Assembly: GCA_963775425.1 (NCBI GenBank) | Contig: CAVZJB010000009.1 | Coordinates: forward strand, 160,001 to 224,000 | Source: an uncultured delta proteobacterium | GTDB lineage: Bacteria > Myxococcota > UBA727 > VGSZ01 | Direction of reading: 5' to 3' | Length of the DNA: 64,000 bases | Shown: positions 50,624 to 60,042 of the stretch, one piece after another | Numbering within the stretch: the stretch's first letter is position 1 | Layout: every line of letters begins with the position of its first letter | The notes under the pieces: model-generated | Told to the model about the DNA's origin: nothing | Seen by the model: only the letters and a program-made list of their open reading frames with translations | Database searches by the model: none | Translations under genes and position numbers: made by a program

Positions 50624-51325
50624 TCACGGCGAGCCCCCGACGGGGTCGAAGCGGTACCCCGTGCCGCGCACCGTGATGAGGTGCCGTGGGCTCTCGGGGT
50701 CGACCTCGAGCTTCTTGCGCAGCGACACCACGAAGTTGTCGATCGTTCGCTCGGTGCCTTCGTAGTCGAGGCCCCAGGCGCCCTCGAGGAGCGCGTTCCT
50801 CGTCAGGGCGCGGCCGGGGTGATCGAGGAAGAACATCAGCAGCGCCATCTCCCGCGGCGACAGCACCACGGCCGCGCCTGCGCGGCTCACCGTGCGCGCG
50901 CGGCGGTCGACGGTGACCTCGCCGAAGATGGTCATCGACGGCGCGTGCGCCTCCCGACGACGCAGCACCGCGTGGATGCGCGCGATGAGCTCGTGCAGAC
51001 CGAAGGGCTTTTGCACGTAGTCGTCGGCGCCGAGGTCGAGCCCGAGCACCTTGTCCTCCTCGAGGCCCTTGGCGGTGAGCATGATGACGCCGCTCTGGCT
51101 GCCGCGGCGGCGCAGCTCGCGGAGCACCTCGAAGCCGTTCATCACGGGCAGCATGACGTCGAGGAGGATGAGGTCGTACGGGTTGTCCATGGCCTCGCGC
51201 AGCCCGCTCTCGCCCTCCGAGCGCGTGACCACGTCGAAGCCCTCGTGGCGCAGGTTGAGGCGGAGCCCCGCCGTGATGGAGGCGTCGTCTTCGATGATCA
51301 GGATGCGGGGCTTGGTCTGGGCCAT
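50624..51325 (-). CDS. OmpR-family response regulator
   Basis: IIEDD, LLDVMLP, GADDYVQKPF, RTIDNFVVSLRKK, TVRGTGYRF. Confidence 0.95.
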   Translation of the reverse strand: MAQTKPRILIIEDDASITAGLRLNLRHEGFDVVTRSEGESGLREAMDNPYDLILLDVMLPVMNGFEVLRELRRRGSQSGVIMLTAKGLEEDKVLGLDLGADDYVQKPFGLHELIARIHAVLRRREAHAPSMTIFGEVTVDRRARTVSRAGAAVVLSPREMALLMFFLDHPGRALTRNALLEGAWGLDYEGTERTIDNFVVSLRKKLEVDPESPRHLITVRGTGYRFDPVGGSP

Positions 51326-51328
51326 GCT

Positions 51329-52450
51329 CTACTCGAAGAGCTGGAAGTGCACGGCGTCGGCGGCGGCCACGACGGGCAACGGTTGGGGAAGCGGGGTGGT
51401 CCACAGCGCGTCGACGTCGACGGAGCACGCGCCGTGCACCTGGATCGCGGCGAACATGGGCGCGTCGGAGAACGGCGGGCGCAGGTCGCTCTCCTGGTAC
51501 GCCACCGTGTCGTCGGACCCGACGAACACGCCGCCGCCGTCGACGGCGACGGTGACGCGGGCGAAGCTGTTGGTGGCGACGAAGCTGTCGCCCAAGGGGG
51601 TCGGCGTGGAATTCTCGTCGGGTGCGACCTGCGCCGCCGCCGCGAGCTGGTCGCTCACGAAGACGCCCGCCGACGGGCCCACGTTGAAGAGCGACTGATC
51701 GTCGCCGATGAGCCCCACGAACACCTGCCCGCAGTCGCGCCCGTTGATGCGGACGAGGGCCGTCATCAACACGGGCGGCGTGAGCTGGCGGCGCAAGACG
51801 ACGGCCTGCTCGTCGCCGACGTTGACGATGCCGCCGTCGACGTTGGGCGTGCCGGTCACGCGCCAGCGGGTGTCGTCGAGGCCGTCGTCGAAGCCGTCGA
51901 AGTCCGCGAAGGTGGTGCTCGGGTCCTCGACGACGGTGGGCACCTTGTCGAAGGTGTCGGCCTCGATGTACGCGAGCACCCCGGTGCGCCCCTGCGCAAT
52001 CTCGCGCTGCGTGGGGATCCACGCGGTGAAGCGGTCGGCCAGGCGATCGAGGAACACCGGCACCACGTGCCACGCGCCCGTCTGCTCGTCGAAGTCCACG
52101 ATGCGGAAGTCGGGCCCGACCTCGTCGAGCGGCAGGTCGGCGCCGTCGCCCCCCACCGACACGGGCACCGCCGTCCCCTTGGGCAGGGGCTTGTCGTCGC
52201 CGTTGTTCACCGTGAGCAAGCGCCGCGAGCCGAACTGCTCGTCGTCCCACGGCGGCGGCGCGCACACGTGCTCCTCGCACGAGCGCCCCGGGTCGCAGTC
52301 CTTGTCGGCGGCGCAGGAGACGTAGCCGTCGGGCGCGATGTTGGGCGCCCAGATGCATCCGCCGACGCTCGCGACGACGAGCACGGCGCCGGCGGGGCAC
52401 AAGCCCGCGCGCCACTGCGGCCGTCGTCCGACGTGGGGCGCGCGGGTCAT
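51329..52450 (-). CDS. Lipoprotein (Cys-rich module plus DUF2341/lectin-like region)
   Basis: VGGC lipobox; CAADKDCDPGRSC; WDDEQFGSRRLLTVNN. Confidence 0.68.
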   Translation of the reverse strand: MTRAPHVGRRPQWRAGLCPAGAVLVVASVGGCIWAPNIAPDGYVSCAADKDCDPGRSCEEHVCAPPPWDDEQFGSRRLLTVNNGDDKPLPKGTAVPVSVGGDGADLPLDEVGPDFRIVDFDEQTGAWHVVPVFLDRLADRFTAWIPTQREIAQGRTGVLAYIEADTFDKVPTVVEDPSTTFADFDGFDDGLDDTRWRVTGTPNVDGGIVNVGDEQAVVLRRQLTPPVLMTALVRINGRDCGQVFVGLIGDDQSLFNVGPSAGVFVSDQLAAAAQVAPDENSTPTPLGDSFVATNSFARVTVAVDGGGVFVGSDDTVAYQESDLRPPFSDAPMFAAIQVHGACSVDVDALWTTPLPQPLPVVAAADAVHFQLFE

Positions 52451-53409
52451 GGCGCGGCCTCGGCGTCGTCGTCGCCGGACAAGAACCACAGCGCGGCGGC
52501 TGCGCCGGCGGCGACGAGGCCGGCGGCGTAGAGGCCGTCGGCGGTGTACGCGTAGACCTGGCCGCGCAGGGTGAGGTCGCTGTCCTGGGGGAACGCGAGG
52601 AGCTGGGCCTTGGCGCGATTTTCGACGTCGAGCGAGTCCTTCAAGGAGAGCGCGCCGGCGACGCCGCCGAGAACGAACAGGCCCGCGCCGATGGAGCCGA
52701 GGACGATGGCCTCGGTGTGGTCGGCGCCGCCGCCCTCCCCGGAAGCAGCCGGCGCCGCGGGCCCGTCGACGCCGGCGAGCAGCACCGCCTTCACCTCGGT
52801 GGTGGTGCCGTGCAAGACGCTCACGCGTCGCCGCAGCGCGCGGTAGCCGTCCTTGGCGACGACGAGGATGTGGTCCCCCTCGGGCACGCCCTCGATCGGA
52901 TCGAGCGGAAGCGCGCCGAGCGGTCTGCCGTCGAGAGACGCCGCCGCGCCTTCGTCGCCGGTGATGACGATCGTGCCCTTGAGCGAGCTCGGGTCGAGGG
53001 CCACGCGGACGAGGCAATCGATGCGGCCGTCGTCGCCGTCCTTGCCCTGCAGCGTGGCCTCGGCGTGCCGGAAGACGGCGGCGGCGCCGGCCTTCACGAC
53101 GACGAGCGAGATGCGCAGGCCGTCGGGCGCGACGGTGACGGCGCCCGCGACCATGAGATCGGCGCCGCGCACCGACGCGAGCGCGCCGAGGCACTTGGGC
53201 TCGCGTTGGCAACGCTGCGCGTCGCCGTTGTCGCCCTTGGTCTCGGAGAGGAGCTTGGCGACATGCCCGTCGTCGATGGCCTTGCGGACCAGGGCCGTGA
53301 CGCCGTGCGCCTGCTTCTCGCTGACACCCTCGCCGGCGAGGAGCGGCAGGATGGAGGCCGCGTCGGCCTGCGCACCGCCGAGGGAGAGAGCGACGACGAG
53401 CGCGAGCAT
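52447..53409 (-). CDS. PEGA domain protein
   Basis: Signal peptide; GAAASLDGRPLGALP..GDHILVVAKDGY. Confidence 0.8.
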   Translation of the reverse strand: MLALVVALSLGGAQADAASILPLLAGEGVSEKQAHGVTALVRKAIDDGHVAKLLSETKGDNGDAQRCQREPKCLGALASVRGADLMVAGAVTVAPDGLRISLVVVKAGAAAVFRHAEATLQGKDGDDGRIDCLVRVALDPSSLKGTIVITGDEGAAASLDGRPLGALPLDPIEGVPEGDHILVVAKDGYRALRRRVSVLHGTTTEVKAVLLAGVDGPAAPAASGEGGGADHTEAIVLGSIGAGLFVLGGVAGALSLKDSLDVENRAKAQLLAFPQDSDLTLRGQVYAYTADGLYAAGLVAAGAAAALWFLSGDDDAEAAP

Positions 53410-53825
53410 CAGTCGCTCCCGGCGAACAGCGGCTTCAGCCGGAACCCACCGGTGGAAGGGTCGAACAGCGCGAGCGCGGCGGCGCTGGCGCCGACCAGAC
53501 CCGACCACACGAGCAGGCCCGCGCCGCCAATCTGCGCCACGGACTGCACGTGATCGTCGACGTCGTTGCGCGGCGTATTTGCGTACGACGCCGCGAGCAC
53601 GCCGGCGCCGCCGAGGGCGAGGCCGACGCTCAAAAACGCGAGCTCGCCGGGGAGGATGCTCGGGCTCACGGCGGGCCTGTCCTCGGCAGGCTTCTTGTCG
53701 GCGGCGACGGGCGGCGCGGCGTCGGCGGGCGCCGCGCACGCCGGCGTGCGGTCGACGACGCCGGCGCAAGGCGCGGGACCGGCGCCGAGGGCGAGGGCGA
53801 GGGCGACGGGGACGGCGGCGATCAT
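53409..53825 (-). CDS. Hypothetical membrane protein
   Basis: Start and stop overlaps with both neighbours; hydrophobic segments. Confidence 0.6.
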   Translation of the reverse strand: MIAAVPVALALALGAGPAPCAGVVDRTPACAAPADAAPPVAADKKPAEDRPAVSPSILPGELAFLSVGLALGGAGVLAASYANTPRNDVDDHVQSVAQIGGAGLLVWSGLVGASAAALALFDPSTGGFRLKPLFAGSD

Positions 53826-54679
53826 GCAGGGTCCGTGGCGGGCAGGGGCTCGCGCGGGTCGCGGAGCTTCCCGGCGCGGGCGAGGCGGAGGTTTCGCCGC
53901 CACACATAGATCGTGACGGGGAGGGATGCGAGGGCGACGAGCTGCGACGTCGAGACGAGCCCGTGAAACCACAGCCCGCGGTCGGTGTCGGCGCGGACCG
54001 TCTCGGTGCAAAAGCGCCACACGGCGTAGCAGACGATGTAGGCGCAGAGGGCTTCGCCGGCGAAGCGCCGCTTCTTGTACAGGAGCGCGAGCGCGACGAG
54101 GCCGACGAGACCGAACGCGGAGTCGTACAGCTCGACGGGGTGCACCGGCACCGAGCCCGACGGGTGCCCGGGCGGGAACGTCACCGCCCAGGGCAAGGAC
54201 GTGGGCACGCCGTAGCAGCAGCCGCCGAGGAAACACCCGATGCGGCCGACAAACGTCCCGAACAAGAGCCCGGGGACGCCGTAGTCGCCGAGGCCGCCCG
54301 GCTCGGGGATGCCGCGGCGGACGGTGAAGAGCCACCCCATGGCGACGGCGCCGACGACGCCGCCGTAGAAGACGTAGCCGGCTTCGAACAGCCGCGCCCA
54401 GTGCCAGGGGTCGTCCTTGAGGAGGTCGATGATGCCGCGCGCGGTGCTGCCGTCGCTGAGCACGTGGCCGCGCGCCTCGAACAGCGTGTGGAAGAGCTTG
54501 GACCCGAGGAGCGCGGAGATGACGACGACGATGGCGAGGTCAATCATGTCCCGCAGGGGCCGTCCGTCCTTGAGCCCGAGCCAGACGCCGCAGCCGACGC
54601 CGGCGAGGTAGCCGAGCACCGTCGCCGCCACGTAGGAATGCACGGTCTGGCCGAAGGCCGAAAACAGCACCGGGTGCAC
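53822..54679 (-). CDS. lgt: Prolipoprotein diacylglyceryl transferase
   Basis: MHPVLF, VFYGG, GRIGCFLGGCCYG, HPVELYD, RFCTETVR. Confidence 0.9.
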   Translation of the reverse strand: MHPVLFSAFGQTVHSYVAATVLGYLAGVGCGVWLGLKDGRPLRDMIDLAIVVVISALLGSKLFHTLFEARGHVLSDGSTARGIIDLLKDDPWHWARLFEAGYVFYGGVVGAVAMGWLFTVRRGIPEPGGLGDYGVPGLLFGTFVGRIGCFLGGCCYGVPTSLPWAVTFPPGHPSGSVPVHPVELYDSAFGLVGLVALALLYKKRRFAGEALCAYIVCYAVWRFCTETVRADTDRGLWFHGLVSTSQLVALASLPVTIYVWRRNLRLARAGKLRDPREPLPATDPA

Positions 54680-54695
54680 CCCGTGTCTGTAGCAG

Positions 54696-54936
54696 TTTCT
54701 TGGCGCGCTGCGCGCGCCGCGCGCTTCGCGCGGGGCCCTCCGGGCCCCCCACGCGCTTCGCGCGCGGGCCCCCCCCTTCTTCAGCTTGCGCATCGATGGG
54801 CCCGCTCGCGGAGCTCGCGCTTCCGCGAGACATGCAGCGCGCTCCTCAAAGACGCGGGACCAAGCTCGCGGCGGAGCCGCCCTCGCAGCGGACTGCGGCG
54901 GCCGGCTCCGCCGCGCTCCTTTTCGACGGCTTGACC
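54696..54936 (+). repeat. Left arm of a ~235-bp inverted repeat
   Basis: Reverse complement of 56743-56972; ~59-bp core nearly identical. Confidence 0.85.
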
Positions 54937-55001
54937 TCGTCACCCCCCCGAACGGCTCCGCCGCTACGACTGGGACGTGCCCTCGGCGTCCTCATCGGGC
55001 C

Positions 55002-55141
55002 GCGCGCCTCCTTGGCGCGCCTCCTTGGCGCGCCTCCTTGGCGCGCCTCCTTGGCGCGCCTCCTTGGCGCGCCTCCTCGGCGCGCCTCCTCGGCGCGCCT
55101 CCTTGGCGCGCCTCCTTGGTGCGCCTCCTCGGCGCGCCTCC
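55002..55141. repeat. 13-bp tandem repeat (~11 units)
   Basis: (GCGCGCCTCCT[T/C]G)n; minus strand reads GGCGCGCC-AAGGA. Confidence 0.95.
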
Positions 55142-55144
55142 ACG

Positions 55145-56476
55145 TCAGCGACGCGGCGCTCTGCCTCGGTGCGGCGATCGCGCCGTGGTGATGATGGCCA
55201 CGGCGGTCTTGCCCTGGTGCGGCTCGCCGACCAGGACGACGCCGGGGAGCGCCGGCATCGCCACCACATGCACAAACGCAGGGACCTCCCACGTCGCCGT
55301 CGCATCCAGGGCGAAGCCGGCCGCAGTGCCCTTGTGGAGCGCCGCTCTCCCAGGCTCGCCCAGGTCCAGCAGGTCCGGCACGCCGTCGCCGTCGAAGTCG
55401 ACGCTCACCACCGGCAGCGCGCCGTCCATGTGCCCGCCGCGCACGTCGGCCTTCGCCTGCATCGCCAGCGGTTCGCCCCCCTGGAGCCCCACCTTCACCG
55501 GGATCCGCCCGGTGACGACGACGGCCGACAGCGAGACCAGCGACGTGTCCACCTCCGCCACCACCAGCGCGCGGCCGCGTTCACCGATGGGCGCCACGAG
55601 CCCGTCCCGCCGCCACAGCAAGCGCGGCGACGAAAACGGCCGCGCCGACGTCGACGACACCAGCCACGCCTCCGAGCGCTCGGGCACCGCGCCGCGCGTC
55701 ACGCCGATCACGGCGTCGGCGCGGCCGTCCGCGTCGGCGTCGACGATGCGCACACGCAGGTCGGCGTCGCCCGCGCCGACGGTGCGCCCGAGGTCGCCGG
55801 ACAGCCACGGACTCGCCTCGAGATCGCCGGCGGTGCGGCGCCACACGACCACCTCCCCCTCGTGCACGGCGATCAGGTCCGTGTCGCCGTCGGCGTCCAC
55901 GTCGGCGTCGATGAGGCGCGGCCCATACAGCGACAGCGCCTCCGCGTAGCCCCGATCGGGCCGCAGCCCGCGATGCGCCCGTCCCGAGTACGCGCGCGCC
56001 TCGTGGCGCATGTGCACCAAGCGCGGCGCCTTCGCCGCCTCCCCGCCGCGCGGCGGACGCGGCACGACAAGGAGGCCGTCCACCACAGGCAAGCGGAGCT
56101 CGCCGTCGCCGTCGCCGCGCTGGCCGCAAAGGTCCGCCACCAGCAGCGCGTCCGCGTCCGGCACCGTGAACAGCGCGTGCCCCTCGACGAGCACCTTGCC
56201 GTCGACGTCCTCGAGGCCCCGCGGTCCCGCGAACACGACGCGGCCGTCAGGGCACGCGTCCACGAAGATCGCGTCGGCCGGGACCCGGCTGTCCGCGGCC
56301 GCCCGCCGGCCCTCCGCGTCGACGCGGACCAGGCGACGACCCCGCGCGTCCGCGCTCGTGAGCACGATGGTCCGCGGCTTCGCGAAGAAGGCATCGGAGA
56401 CCGCGCCGTCGATCGCCACCACCGGCGCAGCAGCGGCGACCACGGCAGCGACGACGGCAATGACGGCGGACAGCAC
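55145..56476 (-). CDS. Exported FG-GAP/VCBS repeat protein
   Basis: GTG with GAGGA RBS; signal peptide; DVDADGDTDL, DADADGRADA, DFDGDGVPDL. Confidence 0.8.
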   Translation of the reverse strand: MLSAVIAVVAAVVAAAAPVVAIDGAVSDAFFAKPRTIVLTSADARGRRLVRVDAEGRRAAADSRVPADAIFVDACPDGRVVFAGPRGLEDVDGKVLVEGHALFTVPDADALLVADLCGQRGDGDGELRLPVVDGLLVVPRPPRGGEAAKAPRLVHMRHEARAYSGRAHRGLRPDRGYAEALSLYGPRLIDADVDADGDTDLIAVHEGEVVVWRRTAGDLEASPWLSGDLGRTVGAGDADLRVRIVDADADGRADAVIGVTRGAVPERSEAWLVSSTSARPFSSPRLLWRRDGLVAPIGERGRALVVAEVDTSLVSLSAVVVTGRIPVKVGLQGGEPLAMQAKADVRGGHMDGALPVVSVDFDGDGVPDLLDLGEPGRAALHKGTAAGFALDATATWEVPAFVHVVAMPALPGVVLVGEPHQGKTAVAIITTARSPHRGRAPRR

Positions 56477-56574
56477 GCCGTCCTCTATCGCCCCGGCGCG
56501 CCCATGCATACCCACGGACCAAGGCAAGAAAGCAGAAGGGGGAAGGGGAGAAGGCAGAAGGCAAGAAGGCAAGA

Positions 56575-56714
56575 AAGGCAAGAAGGCAAGAAGGCAAGAA
56601 GGCAAGAAGGCAAGAAGGCAAGAAGGCAAGAAGGCAAGAAGGCAAGAAGGCAAGAAGGCAAGAAGGCAAGAAGGCAAGAAGGCAAGAAGGCAAGAAGGCA
56701 AGAAGGCAAGAAGG
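56575..56714. repeat. 8-bp microsatellite (AAGGCAAG) x ~17.5
   Basis: Perfect run, with degenerate units from 56521. Confidence 0.97.
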
Positions 56715-56742
56715 TGGAGGAGCGCTGACGACGAGGCGGGGC

Positions 56743-56972
56743 GGTCAAGCCCCCCAACAGGAGCGCGGCGGAGCCGGCCGCCGCAGTCCGCTGCGAGGCC
56801 GGCTCCGCCGCGAGCTTCGTCCCGCGTCATTGAGGAGGGCGCTGCGCCTCTCGCGAAAGCGCGAGCTCCGCGAGCGGGCCGTTCGAAGGCACACCCTCAA
56901 GCGGGGGGGACCCGCGCGGAGCGCGGGGGGGCCCGGAGGGCCCGGCTGTTCGCGCGCGAAGCGCGCAAAAAA
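56743..56972 (-). repeat. Right arm of the inverted repeat
   Basis: Reverse complement of 54696-54936. Confidence 0.85.
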
Positions 56973-57040
56973 GCAGCCCGTCGTGGGGACGACGGGCTGC
57001 CACGGTCGATCGGCTGCGGGGTCGATCGGCTGCGGGGGTC

Positions 57041-57850
57041 TTAGTCGCGCGGCGGCTGGGCCAGGCCCGCGGAGGCGCCGAGGACGGCGCCGATGCCGAT
57101 GCCGAGGGGCAGGGCGTAGCTCGCGGTCTCGCTGATGAACCAGCGGGCGGCGGCGACGAGGTTGGTGTCGACCATCCACGAGGTCTCGACGGCCGAGGCC
57201 GCGCCCGCCGCCGCGAGGACCACGAGGGCGCCGACCGCGCCCATGGCGCTGCCGAGCATCGTGGAGAGCGGAACGACGCGGAAGCGCGCCGCCACGGGGT
57301 GCCCGCCGCCCAGGGCGTGGCTGGCCTCGAGGAGGCGGATGGCCATGCGCTCGGCCACGATGCGGCTGGTCAGGCCGATGACGAGGACGTCGAGGCCGAA
57401 GACAAAGGGAGCCGTCCAGTCGTCGCCCCAGGTGTAGGTCTCGGGGTGAAGGAGCGGGAGCGCGTTGCCGGCGACGAGGGCGAGCACCGTGCCGAGCACC
57501 GCCAGGCGCCGGACGTGGTGCAGGCGCAGCGGATCCGACGCCACGATGCCGGCGAGGCGGCCGCCACCCATGGCGAAGTCATGGGAGGAGTACGCGTTCT
57601 CGACGCGGATGCGCTGGCGCTGGAGCACCGAACGCGCGTCCGCGCCGCGGCCGACCAGGGTGCACAGCACCGCCAGGCCGGACGCCTCGAGCCCGCGCAA
57701 GAGCAGGCCGATCTCCCGGAACAAGCCCAGGCGGGACGGCGCCGCCACCGCGAAGGTCATCACGGGGATGCCCACGACGACGAACATCGTCACCATCGGC
57801 ACTCTCGCGGCCGGGGAGGCCATGAGGCCGAACAGCGCCCCCAACATCAT
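57041..57850 (-). CDS. Hypothetical multi-pass membrane protein
   Basis: Several hydrophobic segments; start uncertain (frame open to 57982). Confidence 0.6.
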   Translation of the reverse strand: MMLGALFGLMASPAARVPMVTMFVVVGIPVMTFAVAAPSRLGLFREIGLLLRGLEASGLAVLCTLVGRGADARSVLQRQRIRVENAYSSHDFAMGGGRLAGIVASDPLRLHHVRRLAVLGTVLALVAGNALPLLHPETYTWGDDWTAPFVFGLDVLVIGLTSRIVAERMAIRLLEASHALGGGHPVAARFRVVPLSTMLGSAMGAVGALVVLAAAGAASAVETSWMVDTNLVAAARWFISETASYALPLGIGIGAVLGASAGLAQPPRD

Positions 57851-58126
57851 CACCGACGTGAACAAACACCGTTCGCGCCCGCAGGCGAATCCGGTGGAGC
57901 ACGGGGTGTCTTGTGGCGTGAAGCCCGAGTAGCGCATCGCTGACCTCATCGTGGTGAACCTGATCTCATCGACCGACAACAAGTGTATCGGCCCGGTTCA
58001 TCCCCGGCAAAAGCGGGCCGGAGTGTCTCACGCCGGCAGCGTGAGCCCGGTCAACGCCCTCGGTCGACGGGAGGAGGGGGCCGGAGGCTCGACTTTTCGA
58101 GGCCGGATGGCCGAGACTCCCGCTCC

Positions 58127-59005
58127 ATGCGCGCCCCCCTCGTCGCCGTTGCCCTCCTCGCCGCCGCCGCCTGCGGGGGCAGCGCAGAAGTGGTCCACGG
58201 GCTCAGCGAGCTCGAGGCCAACGAGATCATGGTCGTGCTCGAGGCCAAGGGGATCGACTCCGAGAAGCAGGCGGAGCCCGGCCGCGTGACGACGTGGAAG
58301 ATCGTCGTGTCCGGCGTGGACGCCAAAGACGCGCGCCGCTACCTGGTGGCCAACCACCTGCCCCGGGCACACAGCCAGGGCCTCCCCGAGGTCTATCCCG
58401 CCGGCGGCGGCGGCCTCATCCCCACCAAGTCCGAGGAGAAGGCCAAGTTCATGATGGCCCTCCAGGGAGAGATCGAAAAGAAGCTCAAGACCCTCCCCGG
58501 CATCGTGTCGGCGCAGGTGACCGTGGTGCAGCCGGAGAAGGACATCGTGCGCGACCTGGACGCGCCGCCGCCCCTGTCCACGGCGTCGGTGGCCATCGTC
58601 TACAACGCCGTCGATCCCCGCGGCAGCGCCGCCGTCAGCCGGGACGAGGTGAAGGACCTGGTGGCGTCGTCGGTGGAGGATCTGAAGCCGGGCAACGTCA
58701 CCGTGGTCATGAAGCCCAACGAGCCGGCGGTGATCGTCAGCGAATACGCCGACTCCGGCACCATCGAGGCCCCCATCACTGCGTCGAGCTGGCTCGGGCT
58801 CAAGTTCGCCGACAAGGCCTCGCGCAACAAGCTCGTCGGCTACTTCGCCGTCGGCGGCATCATCGGTGTCCTCTGCCTCGGCGTCGGCGTCGGCGGCATC
58901 GTGCGCTCCATGAGCCTGCGCCGGGCCAAGGCGCGGGCGGAGGCCGAGCTGACCTCGATGCGCAAGGCCGGTCGCGCCACCCAGACGGGCCTGCAGCAGG
59001 GCTGA
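58127..59005 (+). CDS. sctJ: Type III secretion inner-membrane ring lipoprotein (SctJ/YscJ family)
   Basis: Lipobox AAAC; VVHGLSELEANEI..L..GI..EK; GLIPTKSEEKAKF..ALQGEIEKKL..GIVSAQV; TASV; C-terminal TM. Confidence 0.88.
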   Translation: MRAPLVAVALLAAAACGGSAEVVHGLSELEANEIMVVLEAKGIDSEKQAEPGRVTTWKIVVSGVDAKDARRYLVANHLPRAHSQGLPEVYPAGGGGLIPTKSEEKAKFMMALQGEIEKKLKTLPGIVSAQVTVVQPEKDIVRDLDAPPPLSTASVAIVYNAVDPRGSAAVSRDEVKDLVASSVEDLKPGNVTVVMKPNEPAVIVSEYADSGTIEAPITASSWLGLKFADKASRNKLVGYFAVGGIIGVLCLGVGVGGIVRSMSLRRAKARAEAELTSMRKAGRATQTGLQQG

Positions 59006-59028
59006 GGCCGAGGCGCCGCGGAGGGTAG

Positions 59029-60042
59029 GTGCTCGGACGTCTGCTCCATCCGCTGGATCGGCGTCAGCAGACGCTGCTGTTGACCATGCTGAGCTTCGGC
59101 GGCTCGCAGGGCAAGGAGCTGCTGTCGCTGCTGCCCGACGACGAAGCCGGGATGATGGCCGAGAAGGCGCGGAAGCTCGACGAGATCCCGCGCGATCGCC
59201 GCATCCCGCTCATGGTGCGCGAGCTCAAGCAGATGATGACGTTTCGCGCCATCAAGGGGCTCGAGGGCGTCGAGCCGTCCTGGTTGTCGGCGGGGTTCAA
59301 GGGCGAGAGCCCGCGGGTCATCGCCATCGCGCTCATGCACATGCCGTCGTCGATCGCGCGGCAGATCGTGGCGCGGCTGCCGGATCCCGTGCGCGACGCG
59401 CTGCCGCCGCGGGAGGAGCTGCGGCAGGTGCCGCTGTCGGTGGTCAAGCTCGTGCGCGCGCGCTTCGACGCCAAGTTCGCCTCGATGCCGCTCGAGCGCG
59501 ACCTGGCCGAGCTGCAGTTCCGCGACCTCGTGCTGCTCACCGCCAAGGAGCTCGTCACGGTGGTGCGCCACGTCGGCGCCGACGAGATCGCCTGTGCGTT
59601 CCTCGCCGTCGGCAAGCGCGCCCTCGCCGAGTTCCTCTCCAAGCTCAGCCCCGAGGACGCCGAGGAGCTCATCGCCGCCGTCAAGCGAACCGACATCAAG
59701 GACCAGATGGAGCAGAAGGCGGCGCGCGGCTTCCTCGGCAAGGTGCTCCAGGGCTTCAACAACACCGACGAGCTGTTCCAGAAGGCGGGCCTCTATCGCC
59801 TCGCCCGCGCCATCTCCATCGAAGACCCCACCTACGTGCGTCAGATTTCGCAGCGCTTCCCGCGCCCGCACGGCCGGCTGCTCGGCGAATACCTCGCGCG
59901 CGTGCGCGACGAGGAGCTCGACGACGGCCAGGTGCGGCGGCTGCGCGATCAGGTGCTCGACGTCCTCGTCAACCTCTCGCGGCGCGGAAAGATCGAGGCG
60001 CGCTACGGGCAGCGGCCCGTGAAGTACGAGGGGCGCTCGTGA
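59029..60042 (+). CDS. FliG-like C-ring/SctK-position protein
   Basis: ESPRVIAIALMHMP..IVARLP (FliG middle-like) and FRDLVLL..VVRHVGADEIACAF (FliG C-terminal-like); follows sctJ. Confidence 0.65.
   Translation: MLGRLLHPLDRRQQTLLLTMLSFGGSQGKELLSLLPDDEAGMMAEKARKLDEIPRDRRIPLMVRELKQMMTFRAIKGLEGVEPSWLSAGFKGESPRVIAIALMHMPSSIARQIVARLPDPVRDALPPREELRQVPLSVVKLVRARFDAKFASMPLERDLAELQFRDLVLLTAKELVTVVRHVGADEIACAFLAVGKRALAEFLSKLSPEDAEELIAAVKRTDIKDQMEQKAARGFLGKVLQGFNNTDELFQKAGLYRLARAISIEDPTYVRQISQRFPRPHGRLLGEYLARVRDEELDDGQVRRLRDQVLDVLVNLSRRGKIEARYGQRPVKYEGRS

Noticed and set aside
55002-56714. Tandem arrays as CRISPR
   Set aside because: Units of 13 and 8 bp with no spacers; no cas genes
56477-56830. (LLAFLPSC)n or (KKARRQEG)n peptide ORFs
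   Set aside because: Translations of a microsatellite; a better RBS and signal peptide start at 56476
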